Positions 35,467-46,200 of a stretch of 64,000 nt of DNA are shown here, piece after piece. How positions within the stretch are numbered: the first letter of the stretch is position 1; every line of letters begins with the position of its first letter. Position numbers and translations under genes: made by a program. Under the pieces are notes generated by a model, which was given only the letters and a program-made list of their open reading frames with translations, was not told where the DNA came from and did no database searches. The DNA is taken from IMG/VR virus record IMGVR_UViG_3300005537_000001, positions 1 through 64,000 of that record. One strand, written 5' to 3'.

Positions 35467-35982
35467 ATGCAGGTACTTCCAGAATTCAACAAACCCTTCG
35501 TAATCGATTCTCTCCAAGCTCCGATTGTCATCAAGCATAATTGGATATTTAGCGCACCGGCGTGTGACTTCATGCTCAATCAGATTCAGTATCTCGAGGA
35601 AACAACCGGTGCCGCCGTCAAGGTGCGCATCAACGGAACTGAATTTTGGATTCCAGCTACGTGGTTTATTCTCGTCACCGATAAAGAAACCTATCAGATA
35701 GATACGGTTGGCATCCAATCCTGCGCGTCAAGTCAGCACGTTGCATTTAGCTTTTCTCCAGATGAGATGAACTTGCGCATGCTCGATATCATGGTGTTAG
35801 ATTATGCTGAGCAGATGTCTCTGGTGCACCCAATGATCAGCAAGGGCACCGCTCTAGTGCATCCAGTAGGCCCATCAACCCCACGCTTCGGCAAAACGCA
35901 TCAGCTGTCGGTCGTTATCGGCCCGCACGATCTTTACAAATATCTCACCAACAAAGTTGTCGGTGATATTTTCTCATACTAA
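35467..35982 (+). CDS. Hypothetical protein
   Basis: 171-aa ORF with a coding signature. Confidence 0.6.
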   Translation: MQVLPEFNKPFVIDSLQAPIVIKHNWIFSAPACDFMLNQIQYLEETTGAAVKVRINGTEFWIPATWFILVTDKETYQIDTVGIQSCASSQHVAFSFSPDEMNLRMLDIMVLDYAEQMSLVHPMISKGTALVHPVGPSTPRFGKTHQLSVVIGPHDLYKYLTNKVVGDIFSY

Positions 35983-35991
35983 GGAATCAAA

Positions 35992-36186
35992 ATGAGCACC
36001 AAACTACAAGAATATAAAGCTCTCAAGCACAAGGGTAAGACGAAGAAAAGTTTCCACGCTTGGTTGCTCCCAAAGCACCACCATCGGCACGCGGCAAGCG
36101 GTCCAAAGGTAGCTTACGCGCGCAAGCTAATCAATGACGTCAATATTCCAGCTTCAGCGCTTGTAGCGATAACGGCAAGCTTATAA
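35992..36186 (+). CDS. Small basic His-rich protein
   Basis: SD AAGGA; 64 aa. Confidence 0.55.
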   Translation: MSTKLQEYKALKHKGKTKKSFHAWLLPKHHHRHAASGPKVAYARKLINDVNIPASALVAITASL

Positions 36187-36210
36187 ACCTGTTTTTCAGT
36201 TTATGAGCGG

Positions 36211-36265
36211 GTGAGGGATAAATACCCTCACACAAAATTACAAAGATTGCGACGTTTGTCGTCGC
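36211..36265 (+). promoter_or_regulatory. Late promoter ATAAATA in the loop of a GTGAGGG/CCCTCAC inverted repeat, plus a downstream GCGACG/CGTCGC hairpin
   Basis: Inverted repeats at 36211-36231 and 36249-36265. Confidence 0.55.
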
Positions 36266-36294
36266 GTCGTTTACAGTTTTTGCCGGAGTATCAT

Positions 36295-38649
36295 ATGCCT
36301 ACAGATCTTTACGTCATCAAAAGAAATGGCGAAAGAGTTCCACTTGCCATTGAAAAATGGCAGGCGCAGATAGAAAAAGTCTGTGAAGGAATCGATGGTG
36401 TATCATCATCGATGATCGAAATTGCGGCGCAGGCCCACCTCTATGATGGGATGACCACGCGAGAACTTGATCAAATGGCCTTACGCGCCATGATAGATCT
36501 TATCGATGAGGAAGAGCACCCCGACATTGGAAATGTCAACTACCAGTATGCAGCTGGAAAGCAGCGCATTTCAATGCTTCGCAAGGATATCTACGGGCAG
36601 TATCAACCACCCCGCTTGTTCGAAATCATCAAGAAGAATGTAGAGAAAGAATTCTACACTCCAGATCTTTTAACGTGGTATACGGAAGAAGAATGGGATC
36701 AAATAGAAAAAATCGTAGATCATGAAAAGGATGAAAATCTTCCGTATGCGGCAGTTGACCAACTCATTGAAAAATATCTTGTCCAAGATCGTACCAAGAC
36801 GGGCTCCATTGTTGAGTCTCCCCAAGTACGATACATTGTCGCTGCAGCAACGGCTTTCCATGCCGAATCAAAGGATCGACTTCGGTGGATACGAGATTTC
36901 TACAACTCAGCTTCTGACGGCTTGTTCACTCTTGCTACACCAGTTCTTGCCGGACTTGGAACTCGTACTAAGCAATTCTCCAGTTGCGTACTCATTAAGT
37001 CAGACGACAACCTCAAATCTATCTTCGCATCTGGACAGGTCATGGCAGACTATGCTGCAAAACGGGCTGGTATCGGGCTCGACGTTGGTAGACTTCGTCC
37101 TCTTGGCGCGCCTATACGGGGAGGGGAAGTTAAGCACACAGGCTACATTCCATTCCTCAAGAAGTGGTTCGCGGACCTCCGATCCTGTTCCCAGGGTGGA
37201 ATTAGAAATGCTAGTGCAACCGTCAACTTCCCAATCTGGCACTATCAGTTTGATGACCTTATCGTCCTAAAGAACAACCAGGGCACCGAAGAAACTCGGG
37301 TGCGTCATCTTGATTACTGCGTCGTGATGAACAAATTTTTCTGGAAGCGCTTCGCGCAGAAAGGAAACATTACCTTCTTCGATCCAAATGAAGTTCCAGA
37401 CCTTTATGAGGCATTCTATTCCGACAGCAAAAAATTTGAGGAGCTCTACGTTAAGTACGAGAATCAAGCTGGGCTTCGCACTAAGGTAGAATCAGCCGAG
37501 ACGGTGATCAAGGATTGGCTGCTTAAGGAGCGCGGTGACACTGGACGCTACTACATCCTCAACATCGACAACGTGATGAACCAAGGTCCATTTGATCCTT
37601 CGGTAAATCCGATCTATCAGACCAACCTTTGCACCGAAATTATGCTCCCGACTAAGGGATTCCAAACCGTAGATGACCCAAGCGGGCGCATCGCGCTTTG
37701 CACCCTTGGCTCGATGAACTGGGGTTCATTCCGTCACCCAGAAGAAATCAAGAGACCAGCGATAGTGCTGCACCGCGCGCTTCACAACATCTTGCAGTAC
37801 CAGGATTTCCTTTCAATTCAATCTAAGCTGGCAAATGATGAGTTTGAACCACTTGGCATCGGCGTTACCAACTTAGCCTACTGGCACGCTAAGCGCAAAT
37901 TCAAGTACGGTGAATCCGATTCACTCGCTGAAGTAAAGCGCTGGATGGAACACCAGGCTTTCTATCTAACTGAAGCTTCGGTTAAGCTGGCGCAGGAAAA
38001 AGGTTCATGCCAGCTGTCAGCTCAAACGCGCTATGGTCAAGGTTTGTTTCCATGGGAAAATCGAGCTAAGGGCGTAAATGAATTAACCAATTTTGAACCT
38101 AGCGAAGACCTAGACTGGGAAGGTCTTCGCTCGAAGATGAAGCAATTCGGCATCCGAAATGCTACCCTGATGGCAATAGCTCCAGTTGAATCGTCTTCGG
38201 TGGTAATAAACTCCACAAACGGAATTAATCTTACCAAGCAGCTGATCATCATCAAGAGCTCAAAGGCGGGAGAATTCGCGCAGGTGGTTCCTGAATACCG
38301 CAAGCTCAAGAATCACTACCAGCTGCTGTGGGACCAAGACGATTGTATTCACTACTTGAAGACAGTAGCGGTTCTTCAAGCCTACGTTGATCAGGGTATC
38401 TCTGCCGATACTTTCTACTCGGGTAAGAACTATCCCGAGGGTAAAATTCCAGCAACAATGCTAGCTAAAAATCTGATGCTCTCTTCTAAATGGGGAATCA
38501 AATCGCATTACTACGATTTGAGAGATAAGCAGGGAACGAAGGATATGCTAAAGGCTACCGAGATTGCGCCTGGCTTAATCGAAGTATCAAAAGTAGAAAA
38601 TGAAAATGAATCAGATAATCAAGAGGCTTGTGAGGCATGCGTATTATAG
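36295..38649 (+). CDS. nrdA: Ribonucleotide reductase class Ia alpha subunit
   Basis: ATP-cone VIKRNG, FSSCVL, QTNLCTEI, ALCTLG, HYYD, C-terminal CEAC. Confidence 0.97.
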   Translation: MPTDLYVIKRNGERVPLAIEKWQAQIEKVCEGIDGVSSSMIEIAAQAHLYDGMTTRELDQMALRAMIDLIDEEEHPDIGNVNYQYAAGKQRISMLRKDIYGQYQPPRLFEIIKKNVEKEFYTPDLLTWYTEEEWDQIEKIVDHEKDENLPYAAVDQLIEKYLVQDRTKTGSIVESPQVRYIVAAATAFHAESKDRLRWIRDFYNSASDGLFTLATPVLAGLGTRTKQFSSCVLIKSDDNLKSIFASGQVMADYAAKRAGIGLDVGRLRPLGAPIRGGEVKHTGYIPFLKKWFADLRSCSQGGIRNASATVNFPIWHYQFDDLIVLKNNQGTEETRVRHLDYCVVMNKFFWKRFAQKGNITFFDPNEVPDLYEAFYSDSKKFEELYVKYENQAGLRTKVESAETVIKDWLLKERGDTGRYYILNIDNVMNQGPFDPSVNPIYQTNLCTEIMLPTKGFQTVDDPSGRIALCTLGSMNWGSFRHPEEIKRPAIVLHRALHNILQYQDFLSIQSKLANDEFEPLGIGVTNLAYWHAKRKFKYGESDSLAEVKRWMEHQAFYLTEASVKLAQEKGSCQLSAQTRYGQGLFPWENRAKGVNELTNFEPSEDLDWEGLRSKMKQFGIRNATLMAIAPVESSSVVINSTNGINLTKQLIIIKSSKAGEFAQVVPEYRKLKNHYQLLWDQDDCIHYLKTVAVLQAYVDQGISADTFYSGKNYPEGKIPATMLAKNLMLSSKWGIKSHYYDLRDKQGTKDMLKATEIAPGLIEVSKVENENESDNQEACEACVL

Positions 38650-39731
38650 CTCGTGACTATGGGGTGATCCCTGAATATTCTAAGCGGCAGATGTTTCTGG
38701 ATCCAGCTGGTCCAGTGACTACCCAGCGCTTTGACGATTACGCGTATCCGAAGATAGCAAAATTCGACGAAACTCAGCGCGGCGCGTTTTGGGTACCCGA
38801 AGAAATTACCCTGACGAAGGATAAGATTGACTTCAAGGAAGCTTCCAAGGCTGTTCGTCATATCTTCACGTCAAATCTTCTTAGGCAGACTACACTAGAT
38901 TCTATCCAAGGTCGAGCGCCCGCGCAGATCTTTACACCGGTAGTTTCCGTTCCGGAGCTTGAATCACTCATGCTAACCTGGACGTGGTTTGAGATGCTTC
39001 ACTCACGAGCCTACAGCCACATCATTCGAAACATCTACAACGTTCCGAAGGATGAATTCAACAAGATTCACGACAACGCCGAAATCGTCGCGATGACCAG
39101 CTCAATCGGCAAGTACTACGATAAGCTTCACCACCTGAACTGTAGGGTTGAAACAGAATCACGCGTTACCGAACACGATTACGTGAAGGCGATCTATCTC
39201 GCGCTGATCGCATCTTACGGGTTGGAAGCAATCAGATTCACTGTGTCCTTCGCAACAAGCTTGGGGATGGTTGAGAATAAAATTTTTATTGGCAACGGAA
39301 ATGAAATTGCCCTCATCTTGTCTGATGAGATGCTTCACGTTGATTGGACAGCTTATATCATAAATACCTGCGTCAAAAGCGACCCACGTTTTACTCAAGT
39401 GGCGAGTGAAACGAAAAAAGAATGTCATGACATGCTGGTCTCCGTTATTGACGAGGAGAAGGCGTGGGCAAAATACCTGTTCAAAGAAGGATCAGTTATT
39501 GGTTTGAACGAGCGAACGATGGTTGGCTTCGTCGATTGGACCGCGCAAAGTCGTCTCAGGGACATCTCGGTCAAGTACGACGCGGGAGTGAAGTCAACTC
39601 CGGTACCTTGGTTCAACAAGCACCTGAATACAAACAAGAAACAAACGGCCCTTCAAGAGAACGAAAGCGTAGCATACGTTATTGGTTCCATGACGAATGA
39701 AGTTAAATACGAAGATCTACCAGAGCTATAA
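38637..39731 (+). CDS. nrdB: Ribonucleotide reductase class Ia beta subunit
   Basis: FWVPEE, TLDSIQGR, EMLHSRAY, LEAIRF, DEMLH, ALQENESVAY. Confidence 0.97.
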   Translation: MRIIARDYGVIPEYSKRQMFLDPAGPVTTQRFDDYAYPKIAKFDETQRGAFWVPEEITLTKDKIDFKEASKAVRHIFTSNLLRQTTLDSIQGRAPAQIFTPVVSVPELESLMLTWTWFEMLHSRAYSHIIRNIYNVPKDEFNKIHDNAEIVAMTSSIGKYYDKLHHLNCRVETESRVTEHDYVKAIYLALIASYGLEAIRFTVSFATSLGMVENKIFIGNGNEIALILSDEMLHVDWTAYIINTCVKSDPRFTQVASETKKECHDMLVSVIDEEKAWAKYLFKEGSVIGLNERTMVGFVDWTAQSRLRDISVKYDAGVKSTPVPWFNKHLNTNKKQTALQENESVAYVIGSMTNEVKYEDLPEL

Positions 39732-39989
39732 ATGTACAAAATCTACTCAAAACCAAATTGCCCATACTGCGTTCGCGCGAAATCATTTCTGCTTGAAAAG
39801 AACCTACCATTTGAAGAATATATCTTAGATGTCGGTCAGGTAAAGGACGAGCGAAACGTGTATTTTACCGTTCCACAGCTGCAAAAGTTAGTACCTGGAG
39901 CGCGCACCGTTCCTCAGATCTTTGAGAATGACGCTCTTATTGGCGGGTTTGACGCGCTGCAGAATCACTTTTACAAGCTGGCGAAATAA
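39732..39989 (+). CDS. grx: Glutaredoxin
   Basis: CPYC, RTVPQIF, IGGFD; follows nrdB. Confidence 0.92.
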   Translation: MYKIYSKPNCPYCVRAKSFLLEKNLPFEEYILDVGQVKDERNVYFTVPQLQKLVPGARTVPQIFENDALIGGFDALQNHFYKLAK

Positions 39990-40019
39990 GAACTTAATCT
40001 CTGGTTTCAACCAAACTGG

Positions 40020-40026
40020 ATAAATA
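40020..40026 (+). promoter_or_regulatory. Late promoter ATAAATA
   Basis: GGATAAATACC context, identical to the site before nrdA. Confidence 0.6.
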
Positions 40027-40060
40027 CCTCATAGAACCATGTCAGTAAGGGGACATCTCA

Positions 40061-43000
40061 ATGAGGCTTACGTTTCGCCAGGGACTTGTTGCTGCTCCAG
40101 CGCCAACTAGCTTTCTAACCGTCAATGGAAGCAATGGAATTGATCTAGTCGTAGGTCAAATTCCAGTTGTTGCTACGGCTGCATTTTCAACTAGCGATTA
40201 CCTAATCGGCGAATACGCCAGCGTGGTCAACGCTTGGGGTCCATTTCCGATTGGTCCGGTTACCCAGTATCTCTACTGGCAGATAAACGAAGCTACCGGC
40301 GCGATAGTTCGCGGCTCAACAACCCTCACTCCCGTTATTTCTGGCGTAGCTCCGGCAAGTCCAGCTGTTGGTCAAATTTGGTGGAACACAAACCTTAACC
40401 AGATGAATATTTGGAATGGATCCGTTTGGAATACAACGATCCTCGTGTTTGCCGCTCAGCTGACCAACGGCGCGATTCTTCAATACTTCGAAAATATCGG
40501 CCCAGGATTCTCCCAAGTAGGTCTTAACGGCCTGCACGTAGATGCTGGATTCGTGCTAACGGATGGATTTGGCGGCGTGTTTCGTGATCAAGCCGGCGCC
40601 CTCCTAACTACCGAAACCAATCTAATTTCGAATGATACCGGCAGCCAAGTTAAGCTTGACAACGCGCTGCTAGTTGTAACAACATACAATCTACCAATAC
40701 CAGCCTTCACGCTCGTCTACCTTAACAACGGTCTTGCGACGCCAGCTTCTAGCGACCCGGTAAATTTCCAAGTTCAAGCTCCTATCGCGATGATTACCGA
40801 GGCCACGCCTGGTAACACCGCTGCAGCTCTTTCTACAGCCGGTAAGATTGTCATCAATACTGCCTGGGAAGGAACGCTGATAACATCACCGGCCCAATTC
40901 GGCCTGCCGGTATATTGCGACAATTTTGGCAACATCACGTTCGTTAAGCCATCATCGTCAAAATACGTTCGAGTCGGTACGGTATTAAACAACAACAGCA
41001 TCCTCCTATCGTTTGATTGGGAAACTGATCTATCATCCGCAGCGATTGGTTCGGGTGTGCAGGAAGTTCTGTCGACATCGCCGATAATGATCACTGGTTC
41101 CGCGCAATTTCCTGTTGTCAACATACAGCCGGTAACTATCTCTCAGCCAGGATTTCTAAGCTCAACCGATTTTACAACCTTCCTGAACTACGGCCCACTC
41201 ATCGCCACGAAGGTTAACTCTTCATTTTCTGGCTGGACGATCGCTCAGGTAGTTGGACTACAATCTACGCTCAACGGCAAAATCAACGTTGTTGGCGGAG
41301 TCATCGGTAATCTGCCTGCATTTGCGGCGAGTGGTCAGCTAGCTGACAGCGGCATCGCCGCCTCGACGATTAATGCTAAGGTCGACAAAGTTCCGCTTGC
41401 GACATCCGGTGATTTCGCCGCGTTTATGTCGGGTGGAAATATCGTTGACAGCGGCTTTAACGCGTCATCATTTGCCGGTGCAACTACAACCGCAAATTCA
41501 ATCGCGACGCTTACTTCAGATATCAACACGATCAACATTACTCTCTCCAGCAAGGCCAATTTTGTAGCTGGAGGAATGGCTGGTGATTTTGTATCTCTCC
41601 AATCCGACGGTGATATAGCCGACAGTGGATTTAGCTCATCATCTTTTGCTGGCGCGTCAGCTACTGCGACGGCCCTCGCGAACATCAATTCGAGCATTGT
41701 TTCGATCAACTCATCTCTCAACACGAAGGTTGATAAGCCAGGCAGCGTTACAGCTGGCAATTTCGCATCGTTCGTAGCTGGTGGTGATATCATTGACAGC
41801 GGGTTTAACAATGGTTCATTCATAGCAATTAACAGCACGTCTATCCAGCAATCGCAAATTGTTGGCTTGGCTCTCGCGTTAAGCTCCAAGGTAAACAAGT
41901 CCGGCGACACGATGACTGGAGCGCTAACTGTTCCATCATTCAACGTTGGTTCGGTATTTTCAATTCAACCAAGTGGAGAAATTGATCTAAGTGGAACCGC
42001 CGGATCAACCGGTCAAGTGCTAACATCAAATGGTACCGGCAATCCAGCATCTTGGGCAACCATCTCCAGCGTGTCAAATCTTTCTGGTGGCTCTGCTGGT
42101 AGCGTTCCCTATCAAACATTTACGAGCACGACAGCTCAACTGCCAATTGGAACAACTGGTCAGGTACTTACTGTAGTTTCTGGTTTGCCAGCGTGGGCGT
42201 CACCAGCGGCTGGACCAACGCCGGCCAATCTTCTAACTGGCACGACGCTTGCGGCTAACGTAGTCAATTCTTCGCTGACAACTCTCGGAGCCCTAACTAG
42301 CTTAACCGTTACCGGAGCTGCTAGCGCGTCGATGTTCTCTGGTAGTGGAGCTGGATTAACTGGAATCGCGCCAAGCCTTATCGTTGGTGGTCTTGCTGGT
42401 GGAGCTGCCGGCAGCTTGCCATTTCAAAGCGCTTCAAATACAACGATGATGCTCGGCATTGGCACAGCTGGGCAGGTGCTAACCGTTGCCGGTGGCGTTC
42501 CTACGTGGTCAAACCCTGGTGCGGCTGGTGTTTCTTCGGTAACTGGAACCGTAAATCAAATTACCGTATCTCCAACAAGTGGTAACGTAGTTGTATCCCT
42601 TCCAAGCTCGGTAACAATTTCTGGCACGTCGACCGCCGGCATGTTTTTTGGAGACGGTTCCAACCTCACAAGCATAAACGGTGCCAACATACAGGCGGCA
42701 TCAGTTCCAAATTCAGCCCTTGTTAACAGCAGCGTCGTTGTTGACGTTGACGGAGCTGGTGCTGGAAGCGTTTCTCTAGGTGGAACTTTAACGCTGTTTG
42801 GCAGCGCTATCCAGGGTATCACAACATCTATCGCCGCCGGATCACAGGTAACAATTTCAGCTGTTGACGCAACGACATCGCAAAAGGGTGTGTCAAGCTT
42901 TAACGCTTCGCAATTTACGGTAACTGCGGGTGCGGTATCGCTAAACACGGGTCCAGCTGCTCCCCACGTAACCGCGCAAACTGGTACCACATATACGGCG

Positions 43001-43255
43001 GTAGCATTTGACTACATCATCGCCGACACGACGGCAAATCCACTGACCGTTACCCTTCCAGCTTCACCAACTATTGGTCAGGTGGTATGGTTTGTAGATG
43101 GTGCTGGAACATGGGCAACGAATAATTTGACCGTTGCACCAAATGGTTCAGATAAGATAAATGGTACTGTTGGTAGCTTAATTGCAAATCAAAATAGAGA
43201 AAATTTCTCTCTCGTCTACTACAACGTAGCCCAGGGTTGGATAATCGGAGTTTAA
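40061..43255 (+). CDS. Tail fibre / fibre-base structural protein
   Basis: G.F..F...G...DSG repeats; GQVLT....P.W repeats; C-terminal TLPASP.IG..V...D..G..NN module similar to T4 gp34 repeats. Confidence 0.75.
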   Translation: MRLTFRQGLVAAPAPTSFLTVNGSNGIDLVVGQIPVVATAAFSTSDYLIGEYASVVNAWGPFPIGPVTQYLYWQINEATGAIVRGSTTLTPVISGVAPASPAVGQIWWNTNLNQMNIWNGSVWNTTILVFAAQLTNGAILQYFENIGPGFSQVGLNGLHVDAGFVLTDGFGGVFRDQAGALLTTETNLISNDTGSQVKLDNALLVVTTYNLPIPAFTLVYLNNGLATPASSDPVNFQVQAPIAMITEATPGNTAAALSTAGKIVINTAWEGTLITSPAQFGLPVYCDNFGNITFVKPSSSKYVRVGTVLNNNSILLSFDWETDLSSAAIGSGVQEVLSTSPIMITGSAQFPVVNIQPVTISQPGFLSSTDFTTFLNYGPLIATKVNSSFSGWTIAQVVGLQSTLNGKINVVGGVIGNLPAFAASGQLADSGIAASTINAKVDKVPLATSGDFAAFMSGGNIVDSGFNASSFAGATTTANSIATLTSDINTINITLSSKANFVAGGMAGDFVSLQSDGDIADSGFSSSSFAGASATATALANINSSIVSINSSLNTKVDKPGSVTAGNFASFVAGGDIIDSGFNNGSFIAINSTSIQQSQIVGLALALSSKVNKSGDTMTGALTVPSFNVGSVFSIQPSGEIDLSGTAGSTGQVLTSNGTGNPASWATISSVSNLSGGSAGSVPYQTFTSTTAQLPIGTTGQVLTVVSGLPAWASPAAGPTPANLLTGTTLAANVVNSSLTTLGALTSLTVTGAASASMFSGSGAGLTGIAPSLIVGGLAGGAAGSLPFQSASNTTMMLGIGTAGQVLTVAGGVPTWSNPGAAGVSSVTGTVNQITVSPTSGNVVVSLPSSVTISGTSTAGMFFGDGSNLTSINGANIQAASVPNSALVNSSVVVDVDGAGAGSVSLGGTLTLFGSAIQGITTSIAAGSQVTISAVDATTSQKGVSSFNASQFTVTAGAVSLNTGPAAPHVTAQTGTTYTAVAFDYIIADTTANPLTVTLPASPTIGQVVWFVDGAGTWATNNLTVAPNGSDKINGTVGSLIANQNRENFSLVYYNVAQGWIIGV

Positions 43256-43259
43256 TTGA

Positions 43260-46200
43260 ATGACTAAGACAGTTTCAAATTCAAGAAGTCCAGATAGCAT
43301 TACTAGCAACCTAGTAAATGGAACAGCAGGTGCGCTAATTTATGCAACCGGCGATGGTACTACCTCAACCGCTCTCACGATTGGCTCAAACAGTCAATTT
43401 TTGACGGTAGCGTCAAGCTTGCCAGCTTGGACATCAGTTCTCCCAAGCGCACAGCTTGATCATAACTCAATACAGATTGGTTCAACTATAGTTGCGCTCG
43501 GTGGCACCACCACGACCATCACTGGACTATCAACACCAACAAATCCAACTGATGCTGCAACCAAGGCATACGTAGATGCTCACGCTTCTGGATTAACCGT
43601 AGAATCACCAGCAGCCGAGGCAACGTCTGGCAGCGACCTAAGCGCGCTTGGTCCATTCACCTACAACAATGGAGCTTCTGGCGTAGGTGCAACGATTACT
43701 GATACTTCAGCTGGAACAGTATTCGTCGTCGATGGTATGGCAGTAGGACTTAACGCCCGCGTTCTCATCAAGGATCAAACCAACAAAACGCAAAATGGTA
43801 TCTACGTGCTAACCACGGTTGGTGTAGCTGGAACAACACCATATCAGCTAACCCGCGCGACAGATTTTAACAGCAGCAGCAACATTACGGCTGGTGACTT
43901 CATTTTCGTAACAAGCGGTAATACAAATGCCGCAACTTCATGGGTGCAAACAACAACTGGCACCATAACCGTCGGCACGTCAAACATTGTTTTCACTCAG
44001 TTCAGCAGCGCTGCAGCGTATGTTGGTGGAACTGGAATCAACATTTCCGGTCTAACGATTTCAAACACTGGTGTTACATCGCTGGTAGCTGGATCAAACA
44101 TCAGCATATCATCCTCTACCGGTGCCGTAACGGTAAACGTAGTCGGTTCACCAGCAATTTCTGGTACCAACATTACCAACATACCAAACGGCGCGCTAGT
44201 CAACAGCAGCGTAACTATTGGTTCTACTCCGGTCGCTTTAGGTGGTACCGCGACAACTATCGCCGGGTTGTCGTCGGTAACATCAACGTCATTCGTTGGC
44301 GCGCTAACTGGCAACGCTTCATCAGCATCTAGCGCGACAAACATCGCTAGCGGCGTAGCTGGAAACGTTCCATTTCAGTCAGCAGCCGGTACAACATCAT
44401 TCGTAACTAACGCCGCTGGTGTTCTCCAAGCCTTAACCTCCGGTGCAACACCAGCTTGGACAACATCCCCAACGATCAGTGGAGCAAACTTTGCCGCGAC
44501 ATCGATACCAAACAGCGCCCTGGTTAACAGCTCGGTAACGGTTAACGGTACATCCATCGCCCTCGGTGCTTCTGGAACCGTTGCCGCGGCAGCTGGAACC
44601 TTAACTGGCACAACCCTTGCTGCCAACATAGTCAATTCTTCGCTAACGTCGGTAGGTACGCTCGGCACCCTAACTATATCCGGACTTACCAGCAATTCGT
44701 TCCTATTTTCTGGAAGCGGTGGTCACCTGACAACCACCACCGCACCAACCAATGGTCAGTTACTAATCGGTTCTACCGGAGCTGCTCCAGTAGCAGGAAC
44801 GCTTACGGCTGGTACCGCCATCAGCGTAGTAAATGGTGGTGGATCAATCACGATAAACAACACCGGCGTAACAAGCATAGTTGCCGGCACCGGAATATCC
44901 ATCAATTCATCTACCGGTGCGGTAACCGTAACAGCGACCGGATCTGTAACCAATCTTGCTGGTGGTGCGGCAAATGAAATACCATATCAGTCAGCGCCAA
45001 GCACGACAGCGTTCGTTTCACCTGGAACGTCTGGGCAGGTACTTGTTGGTACTACCGGAAATCCTCCATCATGGTCATCAACTATTTCCGGTTTGACGTC
45101 GATATCTGCTACTACATTCAACGGAACGCTTAGCGGTAACGCATCAAGCGCAACCATCGCGACAGCCGCGACGAACATCGCCGGTGGTACAGCTGGAAAC
45201 GTTGCGTACCAAACCGCCGCAAGCACTACCGCGTTTGTTACAAATGCAGTTGGTGTTCTCTGCGCCGCAACGGCTGGCGCAACTCCTGCATGGCTAACAG
45301 CACCCGCGCTAACTGGAACAAACTTCAACGGTATCCCAAATTCAGCTCTTTCCAACAGCAGCGTAACCATTGGCTCAACCGCAGTTTCTCTTGGAGGTAC
45401 GTCAACAACTATAGCTGGGTTAACGTCAGTCACTTCAACGTCATTCGTGGGTGCTCTAACTGGCAACGCGTCAACATCAACGTCAGCAACAAACATCGCT
45501 GGCGGTGCGGCTGGTTCACTACCATATCAAACCGGAGCTGGTGCTACAACATTCCTAGCAGTCGGCTCAGCTGGTCAAGTTCTAACTTTGTCAGGTGGCG
45601 TCCCTACTTGGGCAACTCCAGCGTCTTCCGGATTAACGGCAACCTTCATCGGCTATGGAAGTGGATCTAACTCTTTAACGGGCACGTCAGATTTTACATG
45701 GACTGATTCAGCTCAAACTCTAACGATGGGAACCGCTACCACTGGAGCTAGCATCGTAGCAACAGCAGGGTCTGGCGTTGGACCTCAATTCTCAATTACC
45801 GGTAGCGCCGGAGCCGCGGCGAGTGGTGGTGGAGCTGTTGTTATCACTGGTGGAGCTGGAGGAGCGAGCGGCGCGATTGGTGGGTTAGTAACCATCATGG
45901 GTGGTGCCAGCTCAACAAACTTTAACGGTGGTCAGGTAAGCCTAGTAGGTGGCACCGCAAGCGCGGGGCTTGGAGGACTAGCGATTGTTCAAGGTGGTAA
46001 CGCTACCGCGAGCGGTGCTCTTGGTGGTAACGTGCTTATCACCGGTGGTAACGCGACGGTCGGCGTTGGAACGGCGGGTAGCGTTACGATAAGCACCGGC
46101 AACGCGGCTCTCGGTGGATCAATCGTATTCAAAGTAGGAACTCCACCAGCTACCGCGTACACAATTAACACAAATGCCGCCCTCGGCATTGGAAGCACTC

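Noticed and set aside
36211-36294. NrdR box upstream of nrdA
   Set aside because: No match to the acaCwAtATaTwGtg-type palindrome; the inverted repeat present is different.
20256-39731. Inteins or group I introns in terL, uvsW, nrdA or nrdB
   Set aside because: All have normal lengths and contiguous motifs, with no C/S...HN-C/S intein ends.
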